A DNA stretch of 64,000 nucleotides from an uncultured Verrucomicrobiae bacterium (GTDB taxonomy: Bacteria; Verrucomicrobiota; Verrucomicrobiia; Limisphaerales; Palsa-1400). Within the stretch, counting starts at the first letter, position 1; the number at the start of each line of letters is the position of its first letter. This document shows positions 21,194 to 31,066 of this stretch, piece by piece. A model generated the notes under the pieces. The model was not told the DNA's origin, searched no databases, and saw nothing but the letters and a program-made list of their open reading frames with translations. The stretch covers positions 480,001 to 544,000 of the forward strand of contig CAVPOM010000006.1 of assembly GCA_963707025.1 (NCBI GenBank), read 5' to 3'. The translations under genes and the position numbers were made by a program.

Positions 21194-22963
21194 ATGGATC
21201 CAGGAAAAGAATACCAAGAGCGGCTCGCCCAGTGGAGCCAGCGGGTGGATCGTTATGAATTGTGGCACCGGCGGACCGGGAATCTGCGGCTGCTTTTTGG
21301 CGCCGCCCTGGTGGTGGCGGCCGTGCTCCTGAGAAACACCGTCGCGGTGGGATGGCTGATTACCGGAGTCTTTGCCGGACTGTTTTTCAGCGGCATGGTG
21401 CATGACCGGATTCTGGAGAGGAGGGACACGGCGCGGCGGCTGGCGGGATTTTACACGGGTGGGCTCGACCGGCTCGGCTACCGCTGGGCGGGAAAGGGGT
21501 CCGCCGGGACGGAGTTTCTCGACAAGCAGCATCCCTACGCCGGCGATCTGGATATTTTCGGAACGGGCAGTCTTTTTGAGTTCGTCAACACCGCGCAAAC
21601 GCAGGCCGGGCGGACAAAATTGGCGGAGTGGCTGCTGCAGGGCGCGGACCAAGGCGAGATCGCGGCCCGGCAGGCGGCGGTGGCGGAAATGCGGGGGAAG
21701 GTGGACTTGCGCGAGGAATTGGCCGTGCGGGCGGGTGATCCGCAGGCGCATGTGGATACGGATGCGCTGGTGTCGTGGGCGGCCAAGCCGCCCAGCCTGA
21801 CAGGCCTGGCGGCGCGCGCCGGCGTCTTTTGTCTTCCCTTTGTCGCCTGGTCTCTTTACCTGATGGGCCAGGGTCTGCCTTGCGTGCTGGCCTTGAGCGG
21901 GCAATGCGGGCTGGCCCTGATTTACCGCCGGCGCACGGAGCGGACGCTTGGGGCGATGAAGTTGCCGGCGCGGGAGCTGCGGTGGCTGTCGGAACTGTTG
22001 GGCTGCCTGGAGGGCGAGAGTTTTCAAGAGGGCCGATTACAGGCCTTGCAGGGCAAATGGAAAGGGGACGGGGTTTGGGCGTCGGCCAGCCTGGGCCGGC
22101 TGGCCAAGCTGGTGGACTGGATGGACGCGCGCAACAATTTCGCCTTCGCAGTGATCGGCAAGTTTTTCATGCTGGGGACGCAGTTCGGCTTTGCCTTGGA
22201 GGCGTGGCGCGCGCGGCACGGGCCAGGGATGGAGGAGTGGCTGAAGGCGCTGGGTGAAATGGAGGCGCTTTCGTCGCTGGGGGGCTACGCCTTCGAGCAT
22301 CCGGCGGATGTTTTTCCGGAGCTGGCGGTCAAGTCGAATTCGCCAGTGCTCGAGGCGCAAGGGCTGGCGCATCCGCTGATCGCCGAAGCGCGCGCCGTGC
22401 GCAACGATCTGGTGCTGGAATCCAAGCAGCCCTTGCATGTCATCAGCGGCTCGAACATGTCGGGCAAGAGCACTTGGCTGCGGGCCATCGGGGCCAACCT
22501 GGTGCTGGCGCGGGCCGGGGCGCCGGTGCGGGCGCGCCGCTTTCGCATGACCGCACTGCAAATCGGCGCCTCCATTCGGAATGTGGACTCGTTGCAGGAG
22601 GGACTGTCGCGGTTTTATGCGGAGATCACCCGCCTGCGGCAGATCATGCAATTGACCGGGCAAGGCGAGGGGGTGGTTTTTCTGATTGACGAGATGTTGA
22701 GCGGAACCAACTCGCACGACCGCCGGATCGGGGCGGCCGGGATCGTCAAAGCGCTGGTGGCGCGGGGAGCGGTGGGTTTGATCACGACCCATGACCTGGC
22801 GCTGACGCAGGTGGTGGAGGAAGTCAAGCCGGCGGGCGCGAACTTTCACTTTGAGGACCAGTTGGTCAATGGCAAGCTCAGCTTCGACTACCGGTTGCAG
22901 CCCGGCGTGGTGACAAAAAGCAACGCGCTGGATTTGATGCGCTCAATCGGGCTGGAGGTTTAG
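21194..22963 (+). CDS. Membrane-anchored MutS-related ATPase (MutS domain V)
   Basis: N-terminal TM pairs; HPL, SGSNMSGKST, SRFYAEI, LIDEMLSGTNS, TTHDL. Confidence 0.85.
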   Translation: MDPGKEYQERLAQWSQRVDRYELWHRRTGNLRLLFGAALVVAAVLLRNTVAVGWLITGVFAGLFFSGMVHDRILERRDTARRLAGFYTGGLDRLGYRWAGKGSAGTEFLDKQHPYAGDLDIFGTGSLFEFVNTAQTQAGRTKLAEWLLQGADQGEIAARQAAVAEMRGKVDLREELAVRAGDPQAHVDTDALVSWAAKPPSLTGLAARAGVFCLPFVAWSLYLMGQGLPCVLALSGQCGLALIYRRRTERTLGAMKLPARELRWLSELLGCLEGESFQEGRLQALQGKWKGDGVWASASLGRLAKLVDWMDARNNFAFAVIGKFFMLGTQFGFALEAWRARHGPGMEEWLKALGEMEALSSLGGYAFEHPADVFPELAVKSNSPVLEAQGLAHPLIAEARAVRNDLVLESKQPLHVISGSNMSGKSTWLRAIGANLVLARAGAPVRARRFRMTALQIGASIRNVDSLQEGLSRFYAEITRLRQIMQLTGQGEGVVFLIDEMLSGTNSHDRRIGAAGIVKALVARGAVGLITTHDLALTQVVEEVKPAGANFHFEDQLVNGKLSFDYRLQPGVVTKSNALDLMRSIGLEV

Positions 22964-23595
22964 CGGGCCGGCGCGTCCTTTAACAGGCTTTCCGGCAGGG
23001 CCATCAATTCGGAGGCGGAGCCGTCCGGCCGCCAAAGAACGCGGCCATCGGGGAGGAGCCGGAGGATGACGCCGCGCGTCGAACCGCGAAAGGTCTTGAC
23101 GCGATCGCCCGGCTGCAAATCGGCGGAGGCGGAGAGGGATTGGACGATTTCCGCCATCGCTTCCCACGGCAGCACGCCGGCGATGTAATGGGCCACGGCC
23201 GACATGACTTCACGGCGGCGGGTGGTGGGAAGGTCGGCGAACAAGGCCGCCATGATTTGCCGGGCGACATCGGCAAAGGTGTTGCCGTTGAAAAACAGGA
23301 AAGGAGCGCGGCGATGGCACAGCCGCAGGAATTCTATGGCTTGAGCGAGCGAGCAGGCTTGCGGTCGTTTTTCTTCCCACTCTCTCTCGCACGCTTCTTG
23401 AGTCTCGCGATTAACGCCGTACTGCGCGCCTCCTCTTGAGCACGCTCCTCGATTGAGGCTGACGACAAGCTCCCAACGCCAGTTTTTGAGAAAAGCGGCT
23501 CGGGTTTGTAGCGGTGATTGTTCGCCAGGACCTCCTCGAGGATGTCCTCGTCGGTCAGATGCTCCAGCAGATCCAGTCTCAGCTTCATTGTTCAT
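22960..23595 (-). CDS. Divergent Fic/Doc-like protein with C-terminal SH3/KOW-like beta domain
   Basis: CHRRAPFLFFNGNTF resembles a degenerate HPFxDGNGR Fic loop; C-terminal LQPGDRVKT...GVILRLLPDGRVLW. Confidence 0.55.
   Translation of the reverse strand: MNNEAETGSAGASDRRGHPRGGPGEQSPLQTRAAFLKNWRWELVVSLNRGACSRGGAQYGVNRETQEACEREWEEKRPQACSLAQAIEFLRLCHRRAPFLFFNGNTFADVARQIMAALFADLPTTRRREVMSAVAHYIAGVLPWEAMAEIVQSLSASADLQPGDRVKTFRGSTRGVILRLLPDGRVLWRPDGSASELMALPESLLKDAPAR
23334..23588 (-). CDS. Small helical protein nested in an alternative frame of the Fic-like ORF (putative antitoxin)
   Basis: 84 aa with host-like codon use at the N-terminus; its ATG sits where the upstream promoter would start transcription. 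Confidence 0.6.
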   Translation of the reverse strand: MKLRLDLLEHLTDEDILEEVLANNHRYKPEPLFSKTGVGSLSSASIEERAQEEARSTALIARLKKRARESGKKNDRKPARSLKP

Positions 23596-23624
23596 AATTT
23601 AGCCCATTTTGCCGCGCAGGGCAA
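23596..23624 (-). promoter_or_regulatory. Sigma70 promoter, probably giving a leaderless mRNA
   Basis: TTGCCC-17-TAAATT, then 7 nt to ATG 23588. Confidence 0.55.
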
Positions 23625-23664
23625 TAGTGGAATGACGCCATTTGGGACAGCCCACAGTTAAAGG

Positions 23665-23991
23665 TCAATCAGGCGGGTCTTCCACGCCACGTTCCATGAT
23701 GCGCGCCACATCAAGGCGGCCATCCAATACCCTCTCAATGCTGACCCCCTGTTCATCCGGGAGATAGTAAATGAGAAAATTCGTTCTGCTGATGACCCAA
23801 AACCGCAAGGTACTGTGCCGGGTAGCCCAGCCGGGATGCGGACCCGCCAACGGATGTTGGACCAGGAACCGTGCCGCTTCCTGTGCCAACTCAAGAAATC
23901 GGTCAGCCGCGTTTGGGCCTTGCCGGACGTAAATGGAGGCGAAAATGCGCTCCAGGTCGGTCTGAGCCCGCGCACTGATCCTGGCTTTCAT
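23665..23991 (-). CDS. ParE/RelE-family toxin
   Basis: ISARAQTDLERI, AADRFL, HPLAG, FLIYY, IERVLDGRLD. Confidence 0.85.
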   Translation of the reverse strand: MKARISARAQTDLERIFASIYVRQGPNAADRFLELAQEAARFLVQHPLAGPHPGWATRHSTLRFWVISRTNFLIYYLPDEQGVSIERVLDGRLDVARIMERGVEDPPD

Positions 23992-24249
23992 CTACCCTTT
24001 TCCAATTTTGCGGGCGAGTTTCCTCCCGCGCCGGCGAATCCCCTCCCAAACCGAATCGGTCAGCGTGAAATGTTCGCTCTTTATTCCTTCGTTGATCAAG
24101 GCATCAAATTCGCCGGGATCGGAAGGTTCGTAGGCCCGCAAAATCAGCAGTTTCCCGCCCCGGGCAATGACCGTCGGATGGCCTTGCAGGGCATCGTCGG
24201 CCAATCGGCCCAGGGAACTCTTTGCTTGGCTCAGACTGCAGGTTTTCAT
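23992..24249 (-). CDS. Antitoxin (Phd/YefM-like N-terminus, ParD-like C-terminus)
   Basis: SLSQAKSSLGRLADDALQGHPTVIARGGK; stop abuts the toxin ATG. Confidence 0.75.
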   Translation of the reverse strand: MKTCSLSQAKSSLGRLADDALQGHPTVIARGGKLLILRAYEPSDPGEFDALINEGIKSEHFTLTDSVWEGIRRRGRKLARKIGKG

Positions 24250-24283
24250 TTTGCTCCAAAAATAGACTGTATTTGGACTATAG

Positions 24284-24820
24284 TCAACCTGAATTGAGGC
24301 GGGCCGCAACGCCTCCGAGCGCGCAGGCCAGTTCGGCCACGATTTCGCCGGGGGACTTGTCGCCGCCAAAAGTCAAGGCGTCCGCCGGCGGCTCGAAAAT
24401 CTCCAATTGGCTGGCCAGCAGGGACGGGGCCAGAAAATGGCCGCGCCTGGCCTGGAGCCGTTCTTCCAGCACCGGGCGCGGCGCTGTCAAGTGGACAAAC
24501 TTGACGCGGGGATCGCCGCCTTGGAGTTGATCGCGATATTTGGCCTTGAGCGCCGAACAAGTGATGACGGCGAATTGACCCGCGGCCAGCGAACGCACAA
24601 TGATTTCCCGCAAAGCGGCCAGCCATGGCGCGCGGTCGGCGTCGGTCAACGGCGCGCCACGGCGCATTTTTGCAACGCTTTCCGCTGAATGAAATTCATC
24701 TCCCTCGTAAAAAACCGCGCCGGTCGCCTTGGCGAAAAGGCCCGCCACCGTCGTTTTGCCCGAGCCGGCCACGCCCATGAAAATGAGAACCAGCGGACCC
24801 CGGATGGAGACAGGTTTCAT
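24284..24820 (-). CDS. gntK: Gluconokinase
   Basis: MGVAGSGKTT, EGDEFH, PLTDADRAPWL, CSALK..YR, GHF...LLASQ. Confidence 0.9.
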   Translation of the reverse strand: MKPVSIRGPLVLIFMGVAGSGKTTVAGLFAKATGAVFYEGDEFHSAESVAKMRRGAPLTDADRAPWLAALREIIVRSLAAGQFAVITCSALKAKYRDQLQGGDPRVKFVHLTAPRPVLEERLQARRGHFLAPSLLASQLEIFEPPADALTFGGDKSPGEIVAELACALGGVAARLNSG

Positions 24821-25003
24821 ATTCCGTCCAGCCAGACCTCGACGCAGCCGGCCCACAGTTGGCCGTGGCGGCGCAGGCCCAGGGGTGAGGAAAGGGTGAG
24901 TGTGACCGCCGCGGCCCGCCCCGCCGCCGGGAAAAGCGCTGCCAGCGCGAACAGGCAAAAAGAAAGGCGCAGCGTGTAAATCATACGACAGATGCGAACG
25001 GCA

Positions 25004-27346
25004 TTAACGTCCGTCCCAGCGGAGGGTTTTGCCTTTGGAAAAGCGCACGTCGCGCGTCGCGGAGCCGTAGCGCAGGCGGGCGGGATTTCCGGCGAGGGAA
25101 TGGATGACGGCCTCGGTAAAACGGCCGTCCTTCCAAGCCATGTCCACCTCGAAGCCGCCGCGGGCGCGGAGGCCCTGCACGCGTCCGTCCGGCCAGGCCT
25201 TGGGCAGGGCGGGGAGCAGCTCGATTTCGCCCTCGCCGCTTTGCAGCAACATTTCGGCGATGCCGGAAGCGCCGCCGAAATTGCCGTCTATCTGGAAGGG
25301 CGGATGGGCGTCAAACATATTTGGATAGGTGCGCTCGGGACTGAGGAGGAATTTCAAAATGTCGAAGGCGTGGTCGCCGTCCGCCAGGTGGTCCCAGAGA
25401 TTGATGCGCCAGGCGGTGGCCCAGCCGGTGGCCTTGTCGCCGCGAATTTCCAGCGATTTTTTCGCGGCGGCGGCGAATTCCGGCGTGCCGCGCAGGGAGA
25501 TGTCGTGGCCGGGGAAAAGCCCGTAGAGGTGGGAGACGTGGCGGTGATGAATGTCGGGGGCCTGCATGTCCCAGTCTTCCAGCCATTCCTGGAGTTGCCC
25601 GGCGGCGCCGATCTGGTTGGGCGCGAGGCGGGCGCGGGCGTCGGCGAGTTGCCGGCGGAAGGCGGCGTCCAGGCCGAGGATTTGGGCGGCCTGTATGGTT
25701 TGGGCAAAGAGGTCGCGGAGGATTTGCATGTCCATGGTCGGCCCGGCGCAAACGGCGGTGCCAAAGGGATGCTGGTGTTCGGGAGAGAGGGACGGATTGG
25801 TGACGAGCCAACCGTGTTTGGGATCCTCGACAAGCGTGTCAAGAAAAAAAAGGGTGGCGCCTTTCATGGCGGGATAAGCTTGGGCGAGGAATTTTTTGTC
25901 GCCGCTGAACTGGTAATGCTCCCACAGGTGGGTGGAGAGCCAGGCGCCGCCGGCGGGCCACATGCCGGAGTTGGGGCCGTCAATGGGCGCGGCGGCGCGC
26001 CAGAGATCGGTGTTGTGGTGGACGACCCAGCCGCGCGCGCCGTACATGGCCCGGGCGGTGTGGGCGCCGGTTTGGGTGAGGTCCTGCACCATGGCGATGA
26101 GCGGTTCGACGCACTCGGCGAGGTTGCACGTTTCGGCGGGCCAGTAGTTCATCTCGGTGTTGATGTTGATGGTGTATTTGCCGCCCCAGGGCGGGGACAT
26201 GCTGTTGTTCCAGATGCCCTGGAGTCCGGCGGGCTGGCAGCCGGGCCGCGAGCTGGAGATGAGGAGGTAGCGGCCAAACTGGAAATAGAGCGCGGCCAGC
26301 CCGGGATCATTGCCCTGGTTGAAATTGCGAATACGCTCGTCGGTGGGAAGCTGCATGGCCGGGCTGGCGCCGAGGTCCAGGGAAACACGCCGGAACAGGC
26401 GCTGATGTTCGGCGATGTGCGCTTGGAGCAACTTGTCGAAACTCTTTTTGCCGGCGGCGGCGATTTGACGGGCGACGATGGGGCCGGGATTGCCGCTGAC
26501 GTCGTGGAAATTCTTGAAGCTGGTGGCGACGGCGATCAGGAGGATGGCGGAGTCGGCATTGTTGACGGAAACAGCATCGGGCGAGGCGGTGGTTTGGCCG
26601 CCCTGGGCAGCCACGCGCACGCGCCCTTCAAATTTGAGGGCGGCCGGGACGCCCGAGGCCGCAGCGTTGACACCGCGCAACACCAGGGTGTTGCCAAGCT
26701 CCGTCTGGACCGTCGCCTTCTGCGGGGAATTGAGGCGGGCGGTGAAGGTGAGGGATTTGGACTTGTCGGCGGTGAGGCGCACGACAATCACCTGGTCCAC
26801 CGGGCTGGAAAAAATTTCGCGGGTGAACTTCACGCCGTTGGCGGTGTAGCTGACGCTGGCGACGGCGGTGTCAAGATTAAGGTCGCGGCGGTAGTCCTGC
26901 ACGGGGGCGGCATTGGGAAAGTCGAGGAGCAAATCGCCCACGGTTTCATAGGGCATCTGGCGGAGCGGCTTGGCCAGAATGCTGGCGCTGACGAGTTTGG
27001 CGGCGTCGGAGTATTTTCCGGCAAAAACCAATTTTCGCGCTTCGGGCAACGCGGCGGCGGCGTCAGGATTGACCGGATCGTAAGGTCCGCCCGCCCAGAG
27101 AGTGTCCTCGTTCAACTGCAACTGCTCCCGGCTGACGCCGCCAAAGATCATGGCGCCGAGTCGGCCATTGCCGATGGGCAGGGCGGAGTTCCAATCGGGC
27201 GCGGGCTGGGCGTACCACAGGGTGAGCGGTTGGTTGGATTGGAAATTGGTGGTGTCGCCGCGCGTGTCGCGGGGGAGCCAGCAGAGGAGGGCGAGCCAGC
27301 AGGTGGTTTGCAGGAATTGTCGGCGCGCGCAAGGTGGAGTTTTCAT
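25004..27346 (-). CDS. GH95 alpha-L-fucosidase with Tat-like signal
   Basis: RRQFL, LPIGNGRLGAM, NEDTLWAG, YTININTEMNYW, HRHVSHL, HPPFQIDGNFG. Confidence 0.93.
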   Translation of the reverse strand: MKTPPCARRQFLQTTCWLALLCWLPRDTRGDTTNFQSNQPLTLWYAQPAPDWNSALPIGNGRLGAMIFGGVSREQLQLNEDTLWAGGPYDPVNPDAAAALPEARKLVFAGKYSDAAKLVSASILAKPLRQMPYETVGDLLLDFPNAAPVQDYRRDLNLDTAVASVSYTANGVKFTREIFSSPVDQVIVVRLTADKSKSLTFTARLNSPQKATVQTELGNTLVLRGVNAAASGVPAALKFEGRVRVAAQGGQTTASPDAVSVNNADSAILLIAVATSFKNFHDVSGNPGPIVARQIAAAGKKSFDKLLQAHIAEHQRLFRRVSLDLGASPAMQLPTDERIRNFNQGNDPGLAALYFQFGRYLLISSSRPGCQPAGLQGIWNNSMSPPWGGKYTININTEMNYWPAETCNLAECVEPLIAMVQDLTQTGAHTARAMYGARGWVVHHNTDLWRAAAPIDGPNSGMWPAGGAWLSTHLWEHYQFSGDKKFLAQAYPAMKGATLFFLDTLVEDPKHGWLVTNPSLSPEHQHPFGTAVCAGPTMDMQILRDLFAQTIQAAQILGLDAAFRRQLADARARLAPNQIGAAGQLQEWLEDWDMQAPDIHHRHVSHLYGLFPGHDISLRGTPEFAAAAKKSLEIRGDKATGWATAWRINLWDHLADGDHAFDILKFLLSPERTYPNMFDAHPPFQIDGNFGGASGIAEMLLQSGEGEIELLPALPKAWPDGRVQGLRARGGFEVDMAWKDGRFTEAVIHSLAGNPARLRYGSATRDVRFSKGKTLRWDGR

Positions 27347-27577
27347 TTGGCAGTGCTTCTTAATGGCATGAATCAAACGCTGTGCCAAGCTTCCTTGCCA
27401 GTCGTGGGAATGAACTCTACGGGGCTGGGTGAGGCGGGAGGCGAGGCGCGGGCTGGCGGCAACGCGGGAGAGGGCGGTCCCTGGAAGCGTGATTGGCGGC
27501 CGTCATAAACCGCCGCTCCAGCGAAGCAGCCTGGCCTGGCCGGTCTGGAAATGCAGAATGCAGAACCTGAGGTAAAC

Positions 27578-29197
27578 TCAGGTCTCGACCTCCTCCTTCG
27601 CCGGGCTTATGGAGGAGAGGGAGTCCGGCCCTGCCGTCTTGGAATCGGAGGCGGAGCGGTAGCTTTGGACAACCCACTCGCTCAGGATTTTGTCGGGGGC
27701 GTTGACGGCATCCAGGTCAATGGTAAAGGTGTCCTGGCCGGTGTTTTTGGAGATGAGTTTGAGGCCGAATTGAAAGTCCTTGAAACGCTGGGCGCAGAGT
27801 TCGCGCACGGGCAGGCGCTGCTCCAAAGCCAGGGAGACCAGCAAATCGGCGGCGGCGTCGGTGAAACGGAGGGCGAGCTGGTGGTTCTCGCCGAAGCGCA
27901 GGGCGAAATCATGGACGAGCTGGCGGGCGACGACGCGCTCTTCTTTTTCGTGCTCGGCCAGGAGTTTCTGCAAATCGGCCAAAGGATTGTCCACCAGGTC
28001 GCGGGTGACGACGAAGCGGCGGACTTTGGTGGAGGGCAACTCGAATTTGAAGTCGCGGAAGATGCGTTCGCAGACGGTCATGAGGCCGCGGGCGCCGGTG
28101 GTCTCGGAGGAGGCCAGTTCGGCGATGCGGCGCAGGCCGTCGTCGCGAAAGAGGACTTCGATGCCGTAGGCGGCAAAGGTCTGTTCGTATTGGCGGATGA
28201 TGCTGCCTTCGGAGGTTTTGAGGATGGTGAACAGGTCTTCGGCGGAGAGTTGCTGGCAGACGACGCGGACGGGCAGGCGTCCGATGAACTCAGGCTCGAA
28301 GCCGAACTCGATGAAATCGCGGGTCTGGGCCTGATCGAGCCAGGAGGTTTCGGCGCCGGCCACGGGCTGGGTGGCGGCGCTGAAGCCGATGGTGGTGGAG
28401 CGGAGGCGTTTCTGCACCAGTTTTTCCAACCCGTCAAAGGCGCCGCTGACAATGAAGAGGATGTGGCGGGTGCTGATGGTGGAGGGGGGGCTTTTGCCGC
28501 GCTGGGAGAGGTCCATCATGGCCTGGATTTGGCCGCTGATGTCATTGGGGGAGCGGGCGGGGACTTCGGTTTCCTCCAGGAGTTTGAGCAGGTTGGTTTG
28601 GACGCCGCGCCCGCTGACGTCGCGGCCGTTCATGTTGGGGGCGGCGGCAATTTTATCAATCTCGTCAATGTAGATGATGCCGTATTGGGCCTTGTCGAAA
28701 TCGCCGTCGGCCCGGCGGAGGAGTTCGCGGACCAGGTCTTCAACATCGCCGCCGACGTAGCCGGTTTCGGAGAATTTGGTGGCGTCGCCCTTGATGAAGG
28801 GGACGCCGATGAGGTCGGCGGCGTTGCGGACGAGGTAGGTTTTGCCCACCCCGGTCGGGCCGATGAGAATGATGTTTTGCTTGGCGTAATTGGGTGTGTC
28901 CTGGCCCGCGCGGGCCAGGCGGACGTGATGGTAGTGGTCGCACAGGGCGACGCTCAGAACTTTTTTGGCCTCCTCCTGTTTGATGACGAAGCGGTCGAGG
29001 AAGGCTTTGACCTGGCGGGGCGTTTTATCGAAGAGGAACTCCTGTTCGGGCGGAGCGGGGGGAGGGGATTCCGGAGTGCCGGCCGGTTCGGGTTTGGGCA
29101 TGGCGCCGCCGGCCAGGTGCTGGCGCATGAATTCCTGCAATTGGCGCTGGAAATCCTCCGGGGAAGGCGGACCGTTGAGAGCTGTTTTCGGCATCAT
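27578..29197 (-). CDS. ClpX-like AAA+ ATPase lacking the N-terminal zinc-binding domain, with a C-terminal extension
   Basis: GPTGVGKT, GYVG pore loop, IYIDEIDK, RDVSGRGVQ, IGF loop, PEFIGRLP, TGARGL. Confidence 0.85.
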   Translation of the reverse strand: MMPKTALNGPPSPEDFQRQLQEFMRQHLAGGAMPKPEPAGTPESPPPAPPEQEFLFDKTPRQVKAFLDRFVIKQEEAKKVLSVALCDHYHHVRLARAGQDTPNYAKQNIILIGPTGVGKTYLVRNAADLIGVPFIKGDATKFSETGYVGGDVEDLVRELLRRADGDFDKAQYGIIYIDEIDKIAAAPNMNGRDVSGRGVQTNLLKLLEETEVPARSPNDISGQIQAMMDLSQRGKSPPSTISTRHILFIVSGAFDGLEKLVQKRLRSTTIGFSAATQPVAGAETSWLDQAQTRDFIEFGFEPEFIGRLPVRVVCQQLSAEDLFTILKTSEGSIIRQYEQTFAAYGIEVLFRDDGLRRIAELASSETTGARGLMTVCERIFRDFKFELPSTKVRRFVVTRDLVDNPLADLQKLLAEHEKEERVVARQLVHDFALRFGENHQLALRFTDAAADLLVSLALEQRLPVRELCAQRFKDFQFGLKLISKNTGQDTFTIDLDAVNAPDKILSEWVVQSYRSASDSKTAGPDSLSSISPAKEEVET

Positions 29198-29320
29198 TTG
29201 TGGGGAAGCTAAAACGACCGCGCGCAAATGGCAATAAGTTGCGGGAGGGAACCGCGCTTGCCAAGCCGCGCAAAAGACCTTACCGTGCCGGCGCTGGAGC
29301 ACAAACGCCATGCCAAGTTT

Positions 29321-30202
29321 ATGAAACTGATGAGACCAAAGAGGAGGAGCGGGTTCAGTTTGATTGATCTGTTCATCCTCATCGCGATTCTCGCCATTCT
29401 GGCCGCCATGCTGTTGCCGGCACTGGCGAGAGCCAAACAAAAGGCGCAACGAATTTCCTGCATCAACAATTTAAAGCAAATCGGCATCGCGTATCGCCTG
29501 TGGGAGGGCGATCATAATGACCTGCTGCCAGCCCAGCAAACCGTCGCCAAAGGCGGGTGGAAGGACGCCGGCGGGCCGGGCGCGGTCGTCGCCGGAGGGG
29601 TGATCGGCCCCGGCATCGGACAAGTGAATGGGGCCGGAGTGGCCTGCAATTACCGCCTGATGCAGAATGAAATGGGCCAGGCTCCCAAAATCGTGCTTTG
29701 CCCGTCAGACGAGCGCCTGGCGGCGCTGAACTTCAACGATGGATTCAGCGCGCGAAATGTTTCTTATTTTGTGGACTCTGGCGCCAGTGACACCTATCCG
29801 CAGTCCATGTCTGGCGGCGACCGCAACCTGGGTGGCGTGGCTGAAAACCCGGCCGGGCCCGACGCCGGTTACGGTTTCTCTGGAGAAAGCGCGGGCGATG
29901 CCGCCGGATCGGACGTGGTGGTGAATACGGGGGCGGCCACGATTGTGATTGTGAGCGGGGGCAACACGGCGTTCCCCAACACGACGGGAAACAAAGTGGG
30001 ATGGTCCCTAAAATTGCATTCTTCCGGCAACCCTGCGGGAGAGGGCAATATCCTGCTGGGTGATGGCAGCGTGCAGCAGGCGTCTTCGGGGTCTTTCGAA
30101 ATGAATTGGCTGAGAAACGCCGCGGACCAGGGTAATTGGAGCCCGGCCCAACAACAATTTGCGAAGGCGGTTCCAGCGGATGTTCGCCTTTGTTTCCCCT
30201 GA
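29321..30202 (+). CDS. PVC-type prepilin-like protein with H-X9-DG-like C-terminus
   Basis: [29 protein letters not shown]...[15 protein letters not shown]...[10 protein letters not shown]. Confidence 0.85.
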   Translation: MKLMRPKRRSGFSLIDLFILIAILAILAAMLLPALARAKQKAQRISCINNLKQIGIAYRLWEGDHNDLLPAQQTVAKGGWKDAGGPGAVVAGGVIGPGIGQVNGAGVACNYRLMQNEMGQAPKIVLCPSDERLAALNFNDGFSARNVSYFVDSGASDTYPQSMSGGDRNLGGVAENPAGPDAGYGFSGESAGDAAGSDVVVNTGAATIVIVSGGNTAFPNTTGNKVGWSLKLHSSGNPAGEGNILLGDGSVQQASSGSFEMNWLRNAADQGNWSPAQQQFAKAVPADVRLCFP

Positions 30203-30281
30203 GCCGGGGCGGCCAGTCCGGTGCCGGGTTTTGGGGCGCATCTAAATTGACCCGGCGGGGTTAAATGATACAAATAAGGAC

Positions 30282-30950
30282 GTGAATAACATCGCAAAAG
30301 TGGGAAAGAGGCTGGCCCTGGCGATGGTTTTGGCGACGGTGGCCATTGGCGCGGGGCTTTTGATCGCCTTGATTATGGGCAAGCACGAGGGCGTGCCGCC
30401 GGTGGTGGCGGCTGAAACGATCCAGCTTCCCGAGCCAACCATTCCGGGACCTGCCTTTGTGGGACCGGTCAAAGCTTCGGCCAATGGCCTGGCCCAGCGG
30501 CCGGCGGGGCAGGGCTGGACAAACCCGGCGGAAGCCCCGGACAGCCGGCCTTGGGAACAAAGGCTGGACGGCATCCTGCTGGGCGGCGGAGAAGCCAACG
30601 ACAAGGCGGACATGATCCGCAAACTGATGAAGGACGCGCCGGCGGAGGCGCAGGTGGAGTTGGCCCATCATTTGATCAACATGGTGCAGGACGATCACTA
30701 CGACGGGGCGGCGGAATTGCTGACCAACGCCAGCACCCAGCCGGAGGTGGCCACCGTGCTGATGAATGACTTGCTCAACCGGCGGAACACGCTGAAACTG
30801 CCGATGCTCCTGGCCATCGCGCGCAATGATGATCACCCCCTCAAGGACCAAGCCAAGGATATGCTGGAGCTGTTTCTCCAGGCCGATTATGCCACCAACT
30901 GGGACCAGTGGGCCAGCGCGGTGGATAGCTGGCTGCAACAAAACCAGTAG
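30282..30950 (+). CDS. Membrane-anchored helical hypothetical protein
   Basis: N-terminal TM, Pro-rich linker, all-helical C-terminal domain. Confidence 0.7.
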   Translation: MNNIAKVGKRLALAMVLATVAIGAGLLIALIMGKHEGVPPVVAAETIQLPEPTIPGPAFVGPVKASANGLAQRPAGQGWTNPAEAPDSRPWEQRLDGILLGGGEANDKADMIRKLMKDAPAEAQVELAHHLINMVQDDHYDGAAELLTNASTQPEVATVLMNDLLNRRNTLKLPMLLAIARNDDHPLKDQAKDMLELFLQADYATNWDQWASAVDSWLQQNQ

Positions 30951-31066
30951 GGGAATTGCGGACCTATTTTCGCTACGCTGCGGCGCGGCATGTTGCGGAT
31001 TGCGAATTGTGAGAAGGAACGTTTGGAGGGGTGTGGGTGGTTGTCATTACATGCCGGAATAATAAT

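Noticed and set aside
27372..27388. Sigma54 promoter before GH95, and a similar one near 29300-29316
   Set aside because: The -12 element is TTGA or TTGT instead of TTGC and no enhancer is evident; too weak to call.
24992..29212. Long plus-strand ORFs (838 aa and 553 aa) and similar antisense ORFs elsewhere, such as 35208..37331 and 61056..63329
   Set aside because: Shadow frames of well-supported opposite-strand genes in GC-rich DNA, with no recognisable motifs.
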